From positions 7,316,001 to 7,380,000 of the forward strand of contig NC_086097.1 of NCBI RefSeq assembly GCF_963921235.1: a DNA stretch of 64,000 bases, read 5' to 3'. This DNA is from Mobula hypostoma (Eukaryota). Every line of letters begins with the position of its first letter. Position 1 is the first letter of the stretch. The position numbers were made by a program, and so were the translations under genes. The notes beneath the pieces were generated by a model. The model was not told where the DNA came from and made no database searches. It saw nothing but the letters and a program-made list of their open reading frames with translations. Below, piece after piece: positions 1 through 12,000 of the stretch.

Positions 1-116
1 ATTGGTACCTATATGTACCACGACCTCTGGCTCCTCACCCTCCCACTTCAGGATATCTTGGACACGATCAGAAATATCCCGGACCCTGGCACCAGGGAGG
101 CAAACTACCATCCGGG
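1..116 (-). mobile_element. CR1 LINE ORF1 (SGNH esterase) fragment
   Basis: Minus strand reads RMVVCLPGARVRDISDRVQDILKWEGEEPEVVVHIGTN, matching the CR1 ORF1 blocks at about 22950 and 32210. Confidence 0.85.
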
Positions 117-128
117 CAATACCAGGGA

Positions 129-2539
129 GGCAATACAACCATAATCTATAACCGATCTAATCATAGCTAGATATATTAAGTACATAGTTTCCCATCCTGC
201 TCTCCAGTCGCATCCAGCAATACTTCTCATAACATTTAAAACTTTCTGACACTTTTCAGTTGTTTTATCTTCATGAACCCTCCAAGTAAGTCTTTCATCA
301 AACCAGACACCTAAAAACTTGAATACCTTAATTCTTTCTAGCGGAGAATCATATAGACACAATTCACAATCAGGAATCTTTCTTCTAAAGCCAAAAATCA
401 TATATTTGGACTTAGAAGCAGAAATCCTGAAACCCCATTCATTAGCCCAGTTTTCAAATGATCTTAAAGCCTTTTGTACCTGCCTTAATATATACTTGAT
501 GATTCTTCCTCTTTTCCAGATTGCACCATCGTCTGCAAACAATGATTTGCCAAATCTTGTCCCTACCTGATCAAAGATATCATTTATCATGACATTAAAA
601 AGAACTGGACTAATGATGCTTCCTTGAGGGGTACCATTACCTATTTTAACTGACTTGGAGCTTGTTTCGCCTATTCTTACTTGAATTGTCCTTTCCTTAA
701 GGAAATCTTTGATCCAATTAAACATTCCATCTCTAATTCCCGCATCATAGTTTAATTCATAAACCATCCTTCCATCGTGATTCATATGCTCTTTCAATAT
801 CTAGAAATACACTTACCATTACTTCTCTATTTTGAAATGCTTTTTTAATATCATGATCTAAAAGGGCAACAGATTCCATTGTTGATCTTCCAGTTCTAAA
901 ACGATTTTGATAGGCAGCAAAATGTCCCTTATTTTCCAAAAAATATACAAGTCTGTTGGTGACCATTCATTCCATAGTTTTACAAAGCACTGACATTAAA
1001 GCTGTAGGCCGATACGAACTAGGACTAGACGCGTCCTTACCTGGCTTTAAAACTGGAACAACCACTGCATGCTTCCATTCAACTGGTAATTTTCCTTCTT
1101 TCCACACTGAATTAAACAATGCTAGAATCTCTATTAATACAGAGACGTCTAAATGCTTAAGCAATTCATAAAACAGTCCATCCCTACCAGGAGAAGTGTT
1201 TGAACCTGATTGGACAGGTTCCTGCAATTCCTGAAGGGAGAAAAACAAATTTATGGAGCTATTATCATCCAAACTCCTGTCCAATTTCCAACTTTCCTTT
1301 AACATAATTTCCTTTCTCAAATTACCTAACTCTCCAGAACTGTGTAATGCTTGGAACACCTCTACAAACATATCAGCCTTTTCCTCATTGGTTACAACTT
1401 CAATATCTCCTTCCAGCAAAGCTGGGATAGATGGCTTCCTATACATCCCTGACATTCTGCGAATGATCATCCATGGCTGTTTTATAGGTGTCTCAGGGCT
1501 CAGGGTTCCACAAAATCTTCTCCAACTATCCCTCTTTGGATTTTTAATTACTTTCCTTGCTACTGCTCTTTCCTTTTTATACTCCATAACATTATCTAAT
1601 ACTGGGTACTTTCTTAATTTCCTGCAAGCTTTATTTCTGTTTCTCACAGCTATATCACAATTTTTATTCCACCACAGAACTAATGCTTGAGCCTTGAGTA
1701 CATTCCGTAGCGGAATAGTCAACTGAGCAACTTTATGAATTATAGAACAGAGGGATTCATTCCAGTCATCTATGGAGCCCTTGCTATTAATCTCTTTTAT
1801 TATATCCACAGCTTTCTCCTGGTACCCATCCCAATGGGCCAAAAAAAATTGTACCTAGCAGACCTCTCCTCAACTTCTACTATCAAATTTCTACCAAATC
1901 TACATAATATAGGATAATGATCACTTCCTAGTGTGTATCTGTCCATAACATCCCATTCCCCAACCCTAGCTAAGTTTGAGGAAGTGATAGACAAGTCTAA
2001 GTGACTACAAGTATGCTTTACAATATTAAGTCTTGTAGGCCTTCTGTCATTTAGCAGTACCATGTTGTATTTATCTAGAAACTCCTCTACTACCACTCCA
2101 TTACTATCTTTACTTTCACTACCCCATATGGGATTATGGGCATTGAAATCTCCAATCCAGATTACTGGGGATTTTACCTTATTCATAATTTCATCAAGAT
2201 CTGATATCATCATATTACATGGATTATAAAAGTTAACCAAAGTTGTTCGACCACGAGAGCTCCAAACCTCCACAGCCACAATTTCAAGGTTAGATTTAAA
2301 ATCAAGTCTTCTAAACTTGAGTCTGTTTTTATGAAAGTTGCACACCCTCCACCAGATTTACCTGTTCTGTCAGCTCTCAAACTATCATATCCAGGGATCA
2401 CAAAATCTAAATGAGGCTTTAATCATGTCTCCTGTATACAGATCAAATCAGGCTTGACTTTAAAATTTCCAACCAATCTTTTTAATTCTTGACCATTTGC
2501 AGATAAACTTCTTGCATTCTATTGTAATATTAAAAACAT
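129..2539 (-). pseudogene. ORF2 (APE endonuclease + reverse transcriptase) of the I/Nimb LINE, fragmented
   Basis: Starts MFLILQ*NARSL at 2539. ORF pieces 2210-2401, 1800-2345, 967-1842, 757-966 and 105-797 are colinear EN and RT segments. Breaks off after RSVIDYGCI. Confidence 0.85.
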
Positions 2540-2549
2540 CCAAATACTA

Positions 2550-3739
2550 ATTATTGGCCTCTTCATCCACATAAAACTCCTCCGTACTCTTTGATCTTGA
2601 CAACTGGGAAGTATTGAGTGATTGTTTGTCTGTCATATACTTGTAATTTTTCCAGCAAAATCTGTTTTATATCAAGGAATCGCTCTGCAGCTCCAACAAC
2701 TACTTTTATCATATCCGACCTCTTGGCTGTAGTTTTAGCCCCGACCTGTACATCAACAACAAACGCTAAAAAAAGACTCTTTAGTCATCAACATGTCTGA
2801 AGGAACATAGTTGGAGAACTCGGAATGAACTGACTCCCATCATTCCAATCTTTTCTTTACTTATCCTTTGCTCTCTATCAACTTTCTTTACTGCTTCAGC
2901 ATATGATATTTTTTGCTGGATACTAACAACCTGAATCTGCTTTGCCTTACTAAAATACTCACATCCTCTGAACGCCACTACATGGTCCCCTCCACAGTTA
3001 CTGCATTTAGGCACCGCTGCCTTACATGCTTTAATATCATGATCCTCTCCACATTTCATACATCTTCTTTTACCTCGACATGAACCAGCAACGTGTCCAA
3101 ATCTCTGGCAATTATAACAGCATAAGGGAGGCCTAATATATTCTCTAACTTGATAAGACATGCTCCCAAGATAGACTCTAGTTGGAAGAACATCACCTGC
3201 AAAAACCAGAAGAACAGGGGGATCCCAATTACCACCTTCTCTCGATTTTAATCATTTGGCTTCAATCACTGGACCACCTTTAATATTGTCCAAAGTTTCC
3301 TTTTCAGTTATGCCAGACCAAATACCATACACTACCCCCTTAACTCCCTTTCTTTTGGAGTAATACACTCCACGTTCACAACTAATTTTCCCACCATTTT
3401 AGCACTGTTATATTGGTCAATATCTTTGCATCAAATTTTCAGCAATCCACTAGACAAAATCCTGGCCTGGAATCCTTTACCTATTTGGTTCTATAATGCT
3501 GCTGCCACTTTCAAAGGATTAAGGGCTCTACATCCTCCTTCTCCTTCCTTCTGACCTGTAATTTTATACAGAACTATAAATTCCTCCAATTCACTCATTT
3601 TCCTCAATTTGTTATTCCCCATTACTTCAGGTCTTTCACGTGATGCACCCCTTTTTTGGCTACCCTTACTTCTGGAGTATTCCACAGTCTCCTGCCCTCC
3701 CCCTTCAATCTCAAACCCCCCTCTCCCTTTTGCAGCCAT
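2550..3739 (-). pseudogene. ORF1 (gag-like, three zinc knuckles) of the I/Nimb LINE, frameshifted
   Basis: CYNCQRFGHVAGSC, CMKCGEDHDIKAC and CSNCGGDHVVAFRGC, followed by ISYAEAVK, in ORF 2781-3161. Confidence 0.8.
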
Positions 3740-3915
3740 AGGCTACAAACTAACCCTTTCTAAGCTACTCGGCTCCTCCACGCCAAAGTCCCCACCCACT
3801 CAATCAACAGCCCCAACTGCCAGTCTGGCCCGACCCCAACTCAGCCAGCAGTTCAACTCTTCCCTTCCATATCCACCCGGCAACCACCAAGTCACTGAAC
3901 CTCTTCACCACTTTA

Positions 3916-4008
3916 TGCATTGAGTTGCTGCCAAGCGATTGGCTGTTTAGATATTTGCATTGATAAGCTGGTGTGCAGGTGTACCTAATAAACTGGCCAC
4001 TGAGTGTA
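3916..4008. mobile_element. Tc1-like transposon terminal repeat fragment
   Basis: Ends GGTGTACCTAATAAACTGGCCACTGAGTG-TA; same terminus type as the element at 51044-51952. Confidence 0.65.
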
Positions 4009-4239
4009 GATATTTATGCAGTAAAATACCTACAGCCCTCCACATGAGAAAATGACAAACAATTAGTCAAACTGGTGGGTTGTAAAGAGCACTTTAAAGG
4101 AGGAAAAGGAGGTGGGAAAGGGGAATGAATTGATCAGCAATTTCACAGCTTACCTGCATGGCACTTGAAGACTTAGGAAATCCTCTCAATTAAATTCCAA
4201 GAAGGACAAAATTGGCGGAAAGCAGAGTCTCAGATCAGT

Positions 4240-4830
4240 GTAAATTCTGAGGGCTCTTTTGGTTGGGGTTGACAATGGATGTTGCTTCCTAGCTGCCTAG
4301 ATACCAAAGCAGTACAATATGGAGAGCAAGCTGTTGCCCATGAGGTGGTCTCCCCTTCTCCATGCAGTTGATGAATCCAAAGGAATGAAAAACCAATAGA
4401 ATTTGGGACCAGTGGCACTGCAGGAGTGGCTTGTCAGCATTGAAGTCAATGTGGGACTGCCTTAGGGACTCCAGCTCAGGATTTTTCCCATGGAGCTTAC
4501 TCGCAGAGCCTTCTCAATGAGTAGGTATAACTACAAGGCAGCGGAGTTTTGAATTCAGAGTTTCCCTTCTCTTTGATGAGCTGCCAACAACAGCTGATGA
4601 GCCACATCTGACCCAGGGATTGGTTTTAAGGCACCGGTGACCTGCCTTTTCCCCTTCTCCTGAAAGGGTTCCACCGAGCTTAGTAGCTAAGCCACACATG
4701 AAGACCAGGAGCTGGACTTGGTTGTCAGAGGCCATTTGAAACACACATCATTGGGAACATTAAATAGGTAGTGGGAGCTTATCCCCATTAGCACCCTTTG
4801 CACCTCACTGGCTACGATAACCCAAGGTAT
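4240..4830 (-). mobile_element. Non-coding interspersed repeat, probably an RTE-related non-autonomous element
   Basis: Its 5' part recurs on the + strand at 52885-53003 (TAAGCTCCCACTACCTAT...AACCAAGTCCAGCTCCTG). Family assignment is from recall. Confidence 0.45.
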
Positions 4831-4949
4831 AAAACTGATGGATAGTATAGGGGGAGGGGAGGGTGTGAACATGCAATAAACTCAAAGCTTAATGTTAAGA
4901 ATTTTAAATTGTGCAGTGACCCTATGTATATTGGCAATCTTCATTTAAC

Positions 4950-5250
4950 TATTTAGAGATACAGCCTTGTAACAGGCGGTTCCAGCTCAACGAGCCCACA
5001 CCACCCAAATATGCCTGTGACCAGTTAACCTAGTAACCCATATGCCTAAGTGACCAGTTATCCTACTAACCCATACACCTAAGTGACCAGTTAACTGAGT
5101 AACCCGTATGTCTTTGGAATGCTGCAGGAAATCAGAGCAGAGTGATGAACCCACACAATCAGGAAGAGAACGTACAATCTCCAGACAGACAGCCGTGCGA
5201 ATTGAACCCGGATCACCGATACTGTAAAGCATTACACTATCTGCCAAGCT
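4950..5250 (-). mobile_element. tRNA-derived V-SINE with an internal ~33-bp tandem expansion
   Basis: B-box GGTTCAATTC and V-domain-like core. The unit CCCATATGCCTAAGTGACCAGTTAACCTAGTAA occurs about three times at 5005-5110. Confidence 0.7.
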
Positions 5251-5429
5251 ACTGTTTTGACCCCATTACAATAACCACCACTCTACTGTGCCACACAATT
5301 ATGATAACCGCCAAGCTACATATAGACATTATGAAGTTTGAAGATCGGCTCAAACAACAATTAAATTGTTTTATTACAGAATGAAGAATACCTTCAGCTG
5401 CAGGAAACTTGATGACCTTTAGAATATAG

Positions 5430-5720
5430 CAATTAGAACAACACTGTTTCAGCTCGGGGTGTTCTGAAGTTTGGAGCTCAATTCTAGCATCCTCTGTAAG
5501 AAACTTGTACTTCCTTCCTGTGAGCGTGTTGGTTTCCTCCAGGTGCTCCTGTTTTCTCCCACATTGGGAAGACGTACCAGTCAGTAGGTTCAATTGGTCT
5601 TTGTAAATTGTCCTGTGATTAGGCTAGTGTTAAATAAATGGATTGCTGGGTAGGGTGGCTCGTTGGGACAGAAGGGCCTGTTCCATGCTGTGTCCTTAAA
5701 TAAAATAAAATAAAATAAAA
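5430..5720 (+). mobile_element. V-SINE
   Basis: Core GGTTTCCTCCAGGTGCTCCTGTTTTCTCCCACA, CR1-like 3' part GAAGGGCCTGTTCCATGCTG, (TAAAA)n tail. Confidence 0.75.
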
Positions 5721-5924
5721 CTTTACACAATATGTGATTGATAATGCAATGGCCTGAACGTTTGGCATGATTTGCACGCATTGATTTTTGTGTGTGTTGC
5801 CTTTGAAACAAAGGATGCTGAAGTCACATTAAAGATGCAATATACTCTTGATTACCGCATTGATACTGTAAGAACAGAATATTCTTATTAGATTACTTAC
5901 TAATAAACCTAAAAAATACTTTGG

Positions 5925-6305
5925 TAATTTTCCCCCTTACCTCTTCTCTTCTCCTTACCATGGTGCCCCCTCTCCCTCCCTTTCTCTCATCATCCACTTT
6001 CCTCTCCTATCAGATTCCTTCTTCACAGACCCTTTACTTTTTCCAGCTATCACCTGCCAGCCTCTTACTTCAAATCCCCACCCCTCCCCAGCCACCTTTC
6101 TGGCAGCTTGTACTCCTTCCCCTTCCCTTCACCTTCTTGTTCTCGCTTCTTCTCCCCCTTCCCTTCTAGTCCTGATGTAAGGTCTCACCCTGAAACAATG
6201 ACTATTTATTCCTCTCCATAGATACTGCCTGACCTGCTGAGTTCCTCCAGCATTTTGTGTGTGTGTTGCTCTGGATTTCCAACATCTGCAGAATATCTTA
6301 TGCCT
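5925..6305 (+). mobile_element. Penelope-like element terminal (pLTR) fragment with degenerate hammerhead
   Basis: Pyrimidine-rich tract, then TAGTC-CTGATGTA...GAAAC-AAT-GACTA, then the shared 3' block. Colinear with 63480-63850. Confidence 0.75.
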
Positions 6306-7204
6306 ATGATATTCCTATAAAGGGATATTGCTATTTAATTATATTTGCATTTGCACAGTCTTCAGCACTGTGGGTGACCTTTCATTGATCCTGTTATAGT
6401 TATTACTCTATAGATTTGTAGAGTATGGCCATAAGAAAATTAATCTCAGGGTTGTATATGGTGACATATAAACTTTGATAATAAATTTACTTTGAACTTT
6501 GAATTTTAAAGCAGGGGTTCCCAACATTTTTTATGCCAAGGACCTATACCAGTAAGTAAGGTGTCTCTGGACACCAGGTTGGGAATTCTTGCTATAAAGG
6601 AATTTTAAGAAAAATCTAATACTCCTGGCACTGGAGAAGAGGATCTTCAAGATAATCTAATGTAAGAGTTCAACAGAATGGGACTGTTTGACCAGATAAA
6701 TAGAAAAATAGGATTTTTCCCATTGATGAGTTAGTAATAGAGGCCAGAAACTCAGCTCTAGTGTGAGAGAAGCATGTAGGAGGAGCTTTTAGTTATACAA
6801 AGTATTATTCAAATATGGTATGCATTAACACAAGTGTCTATTGAACCCAGGCCAATCTTGGTTGTTAAGAAGGAATTAAACATTTAGGAAATAAATTGCT
6901 TATTGATGATGATGGGAAAAAATCGGCACAGTGCAAAATAGATTGACCACCTGTATTGTCAATAATACAATAAATACACTACCACCAAAAAAAAAGCTAT
7001 TTCACCTCCCTGAATTCAAGAGAATTAAAGTGTAGGGAAAGATGCCTGGGAATGAAATTGGAAAAGAAAACTTCAGTAATGTGAGGCCAAACAACAGGAG
7101 AAAAATGTCTTTCTGTCCTGGAATTTCAAAGGATTTAATGTTGGTTAAACAATTATCACCCCTTGAAGGTGAGAGGGGGTGGGTTCAAAGGAGATGTGAG
7201 GGGT

Positions 7205-7366
7205 AAGTACCGCTCTTAGTCTGGTCTCTACCCTTTGATCTGTTTGGTATGGGTGACTCTACCAAGAGCCAAAGCATAAAGCCCTGACTCCAGCCAACAT
7301 AGCTCTCTGGATCATTGAGGCACACAAGCCTCCAAACTACAACAAGGTTGTGGTCCTCTTGGAGGT
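7205..7366 (-). mobile_element. RTE (BovB-like) 5' leader fragment
   Basis: GGACCACAACCTTGT...GGAGGCTTGTGTG...GAGAGCTATG...GTCACCCAT; homologous to 15144-15279. Confidence 0.7.
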
Positions 7367-7469
7367 GTCAGAGAGCGGTTGGAGGAGAATGGAAAGACAG
7401 TGTTGAGGGGATTTTTGAAAATGGTACAAATATTGTTGCCAAGACAATATCTATGCCTTACATGGAGCA

Positions 7470-8553
7470 AGTTTCGTGTATGCACGGTTGAAGGCAGTCA
7501 GAATCTAGGTTGTAGGTGGTTTTCTGAAAGAGCTGCAACACTGTTGTCATCTGCGTATTGGAACTCGATGAGGGAACTCATGGATGTCTTTGTTTTGGAT
7601 TTGAGACGGGCAAGATTGAAAAGTCTGTCATCTGTTCTGTAGACAATTCCGATTCCTGGGGGTAGGTTGTCCTTGATAATGTGGATGATTGTCGCAGTGA
7701 AGATGGTGAACAAAGTTGGGGCAATCACGCATCCCTGTTTTACTCCTGATCTAACTTGAAAAGTCTCACAGTTACTGTTGCTGACCATGACTGTGGCAAG
7801 CATGCCATTGTGGAGGAGTCTCAGGATTCGAATGTACTTTTCAGGGCATCCATAGGTGGATAGGACATCCCATAGGAGTTCCCTTGATACCGAGTCAAAG
7901 GCTTTGGTGAGGTCAATGAATGCCATGTACAAAGGTTGAAATTGTTCATGACATTTTTCTTGTAGTTGTCGCATTGTGAAGATCATGTTGATTGCTCCAC
8001 TTGATGGTCTAAAACCGGCTTGTGTCTCCGGAAGGATCTTCTCAGCTAAAGGCTTGAGCCAGTTGTTCATGATGCAGGTGAAGATATTTCCTGCTGTTGC
8101 TAACAGGGAAAGATGGAGCAGTCATGTTGTTTGGATGAAAAACGAACGTCTGCCGAAACAAATCTTCTACTCCCAGCTTAAAGAAGGCAAACGTAAAAGA
8201 GGCGGACAACAGAAGAGATTCAAAGACGTCTTAAAAGCCAACATGAAGAAATGTAACATCGACATCAACAATTGGGAAACCAATGCCAAGGACAGGAAAC
8301 TCTGGCAAGCCATCATCTGAGAAGGAACAGCAACTTTCGAAGCCAACAGATGTGCAGAATTAGAAGAAAAGAGAAGAAAACAGAAAGAGAGGCAGCAACA
8401 ACCAAAGCCCGATCTGCCATCTGGAACCACCTGTCCTGAATGCGGAAGAACTTTCAGAGCCAAGATTGGGCTCATAAGCCACTTGAGAGCCTATAAATAG
8501 ACCAACAGAATGAAGACCATCATCCTTGACCTCGAGGGATAGCCACGACGACG
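7470..8553 (+). mobile_element. RTE-clade LINE, 5'-truncated with 5' inversion
   Basis: RT core (QAGFRP, FIDLTKAFD, GVKQGC, QYADD) lies on the minus strand at 7470-8110. The C-terminus (RWSSHVV...CPECGRTF...SHLR) and (ACG)n tail lie on the plus strand at 8111-8553. TSD ACATGGAGCA at 7460-7469 and 8554-8563. Confidence 0.9.
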
Positions 8554-9074
8554 ACATGGAGCAGGATCATTTTATAGCTAAAAGTAACAGTACTTTTTGA
8601 AGTTGGCAAAGCCAATATCACATTTCGGCTGGTGCAATTAATTGAACAGCGATTAACTGAGAGCAGGTGACCATCTGCATCTGTGCAACTTGCTGCAACG
8701 TATTAAACTTCAATATGAAGGGGCAGGAGGAGCATTTTTTAAATGGCAAAGATCAAAGGTTTGAGTCCAATAAAAGTGCAGCTGTGCAATATAAATGCTT
8801 TATTTGCACCAATAAATTGGGAAGGGTGGAAGTGTGATTTAATTAATTGGACTGAGCTCAAAGTTATGAGGTCTTTGTTTTTATCTGAGGTATTCAGGTG
8901 AAGTTGCAGGGCCTGGGTATGACTCAGAAAAAAAATACAAGGAGGAACTTGAGATAAATAAAAAACAGGTCAGTCCTTTAATCATCACCAGATGTGGGGA
9001 GAGTGGCAAGGAGCTACACTGGGCTGAGGGCCTACAAAAGTGGAGTATGTATACAAATTGGAGAGATCAGGACT

Positions 9075-12000
9075 TAGAGTCCCAGAGTCATAGAGAAGAA
9101 CAGCACAGAAACATACCCTTCAGCCCATCTAGTCCATACCAACACCATTTAAACTGCCATCAATTTGCACTCATACCATAGCCCTCTATACCCTTACCAT
9201 TTATCTATCTAGCCAAATTTTTCTAAAGGTTGAAATTGAGTTTGCATGCAACACTTGTGCTGGCAGCTCATTCCACACATTCAGGGCCCTCTGAGTGAAG
9301 AAGTTTCCCCTCATGCTCCCCTTCAATTTTTCACCTTTAAGACCATAAGACCAAAAGACTATCAGATGTAGTAGAAGAATTAGACCATTTGGCTCATCCA
9401 GACTGCTCTGCCATTTCATCATGGCTGATCAAATTTTCCTCTCGGTCCCATTCTCCTGCCTTCTTCCCGCACCCCTTCACACCCTGAATAATCAACAATC
9501 TATCAACCTCTGCCTTAAATATACATAAAAACTTAGCCTCCACAGCTGCTTGTGACAAAGAATTCCACAGATTCACCATCACCGGCTAAAGAAATTTCTC
9601 CTCATCTCCATTCTAAAAGAACGTCCCTCAGTTCTGTGTCATCTGGTCTTAGAATTTCCCACCATAGGAAACATCCTCTCCACACCCACTCTATAAAGGT
9701 CTTTCACCATTCAATAGGTTTCAATGAGATCACCCCTCATTGTTCTGAATTCTTGTGAATATAGGCCCAGAACCATTAGATGCTCTTCTTATGAGAAGCT
9801 AATCAATCCTGGAATCATTTTCCTGAATGTCCGTTGAACCCTCTCCGGTTTCAGCACATCCTTTCCAATGGGCCCAAAACTGCTCACAATATTCCAAGTG
9901 AGGGCTCACCAGTGCTTTACAAAGTTTCAACATTACACCTTTGCTTTTATATTCTTGAAAACAATGCTAACATTGCATTTGCCTTCCTTATCACACACTC
10001 AACCTGCAAATTAACCTTTAGGTAATACTCAAGGACTCCCAGACCCCTTTGCACCTCAGTTTTTCTCTTCATTTAGAGAATAGTTAACCCTTTAATTTCT
10101 TTTACCAAAGTGCATGACCACTGAGTTCCCAACACTGTATTCCATCTGCCACTTCCTCGTCCATTCTCCTAATCTATCTAAATCCTTCTGTAGCTTCTCT
10201 ACTTCCGCAGAGCTACCAGGCCTTCATTTATCTTCATATCATCAGCAAACATTACAACAAAGCCATCAATTGAATTCATATTGCAATTTGAGAGAAGCAC
10301 AAGTCACATGTATCAATATCACAATGGGATAAAGGGAATTACAGAGGCATGAAAGAGTTGCTTGCCCAGGTGGATTGGAGAAGGGTACTTGCAGGTTGAC
10401 AACGGAACAGAGATGACTGAAGTTTCTGGGAATAGTTCACAAGGAGCAGGATAGATCTATTCCACAGAAGAATTTCACAAATGGCATGTGTAGGCAACCG
10501 TGGCTCACAAGGGAAATTAAGCACTGCATAAAAGCCAAGGAAAGGGCATATAAGGTTGCAAATGTGTGTGGGAAGTTGGGTAATTGGGAAGCTTTTAAAA
10601 TCCAACAAATGAATGAAAGGGTTAACATATGAGGAGAACTTGGCAGTTTTGGCCTGTACTCAGTGGGGATCTCATAGAAACCTACCAAACGTTGAAAGGA
10701 CTAGATAGGGTGGATGTGGAGAGGATTTTTCTTAAGCCAGGGATATGCTGAACCATAGGGCAGAGCCTCAAAAATGACAGGAAACCTTTTAGAACGGAGG
10801 TAATGAGGAATTTTTCCTAACCAGAAAGTTGTGAATCTGTGTAATGCTCTGCCACAGACTGCGTGGAGGCCAAGAGGTAAACTTAAGGGGGAAATTGATA
10901 ATTTATGATCGGTCTGGATATCAAAGGATATGGCAGGTGCATGGGATTGAATGGGATCCAGAATCATCCATGATGGAATGACGAAGCAGACTCGATGGGC
11001 TGAATGGCCCAATTTTTCTCCTATGTTTAAGGTATTTTACTCTAAATCACCATTCAAATCATTGACATATAAGGTAAAAAGATTCTGTCCCAATATAGTC
11101 CCCTGTGGAACATCAACTGTCACTGGCAGCTAGCCAGAAAAGGCTCCCTTTATTTCCGTTCTTTCCCTTTTTCCAATTACTGACTGCTTTATCCATGTCA
11201 GAATCTTTCCTCTAATACCAGCCTCATCTGTGGGACCTTGTCAACGGCCTTCTGAAAATCCAAGTGCACAACATCAACCAATTCCCCTTTGTCTATCATG
11301 CTTGTTATTTCTTCGAAGAATTCCAACAGATTTGTCAGGCAAGGTTTTCCTTTGAGAAAATCATGTTGACTACAGCCTATTTTATCATGTGCTTCCAAGT
11401 ACCCTGGGACCTCATCTTAATAATCGACTCCAGCATCTTCCCAACCACTGAGGGCAGACTAACTGACGTATAGTTTCCTTTCTTCTGCCTCTTTCCCTTC
11501 TTGAAGAGTGGAGTGATATTTCAATTTTCCTGTCTTCTGGAACCATTCCAGAATCTTGAACGATCATTACTAATACCTTCATGTCCTATTCTCCACCTCT
11601 TTCAGAACTCTGGGATGTGCACCATCTAGTCCAGGTGACTTATCTACCTTCAGGCCTTTCAGTTTTCCAAGAACCCTCTCTCTAGTTATGGTAACTTCAC
11701 ACACTTCATGCGTCTTGACACCTGAATCTTCCACCATACTGCCTTTATCTTCCATAGTGATGCAAAATACTTATTCAGTTCATTTCTTATTATTTGTCCC
11801 CCATTTCTACCTCTCCAGTATCGTTTTCCATCAGTCAAATATCCACTCTTGCCTCTCTTTTACACTTTAGGTATCTGAAGAAACTTTTGGTATTCTCTTT
11901 CATATTATCAGCTGGTTGACTTTTGTATTCAATCTTTACCTTCTTAATGACTGTGTTCGTTGCCTTCTGTTGGTTGTTAAAAGCTCCCCAATCGTCCAAC

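Larger units (their letters stand above)
129..3890 (-). mobile_element. I/Nimb-clade non-LTR retrotransposon, decayed, 3' end missing
   Basis: Gag-like ORF1 with three CCHC knuckles, then APE endonuclease (GDFNAHN, SDHYPI) and RT (GTPQGSIISP, LFADD). Many frameshifts and stops. The 5' boundary is approximate. Confidence 0.85.

Noticed and set aside
4690..4740. HDV-like ribozyme in the repeat at 4240-4830
   Set aside because: Only a CCAG-CTC-CTGG hairpin is evident; the nested double pseudoknot could not be built by eye.
5814..5867. Possible 54-nt exon (DAEVTLKMQYTLDYRIDT)
   Set aside because: Weak AAG acceptor, modest donor, no homology recognised and no partner exons.
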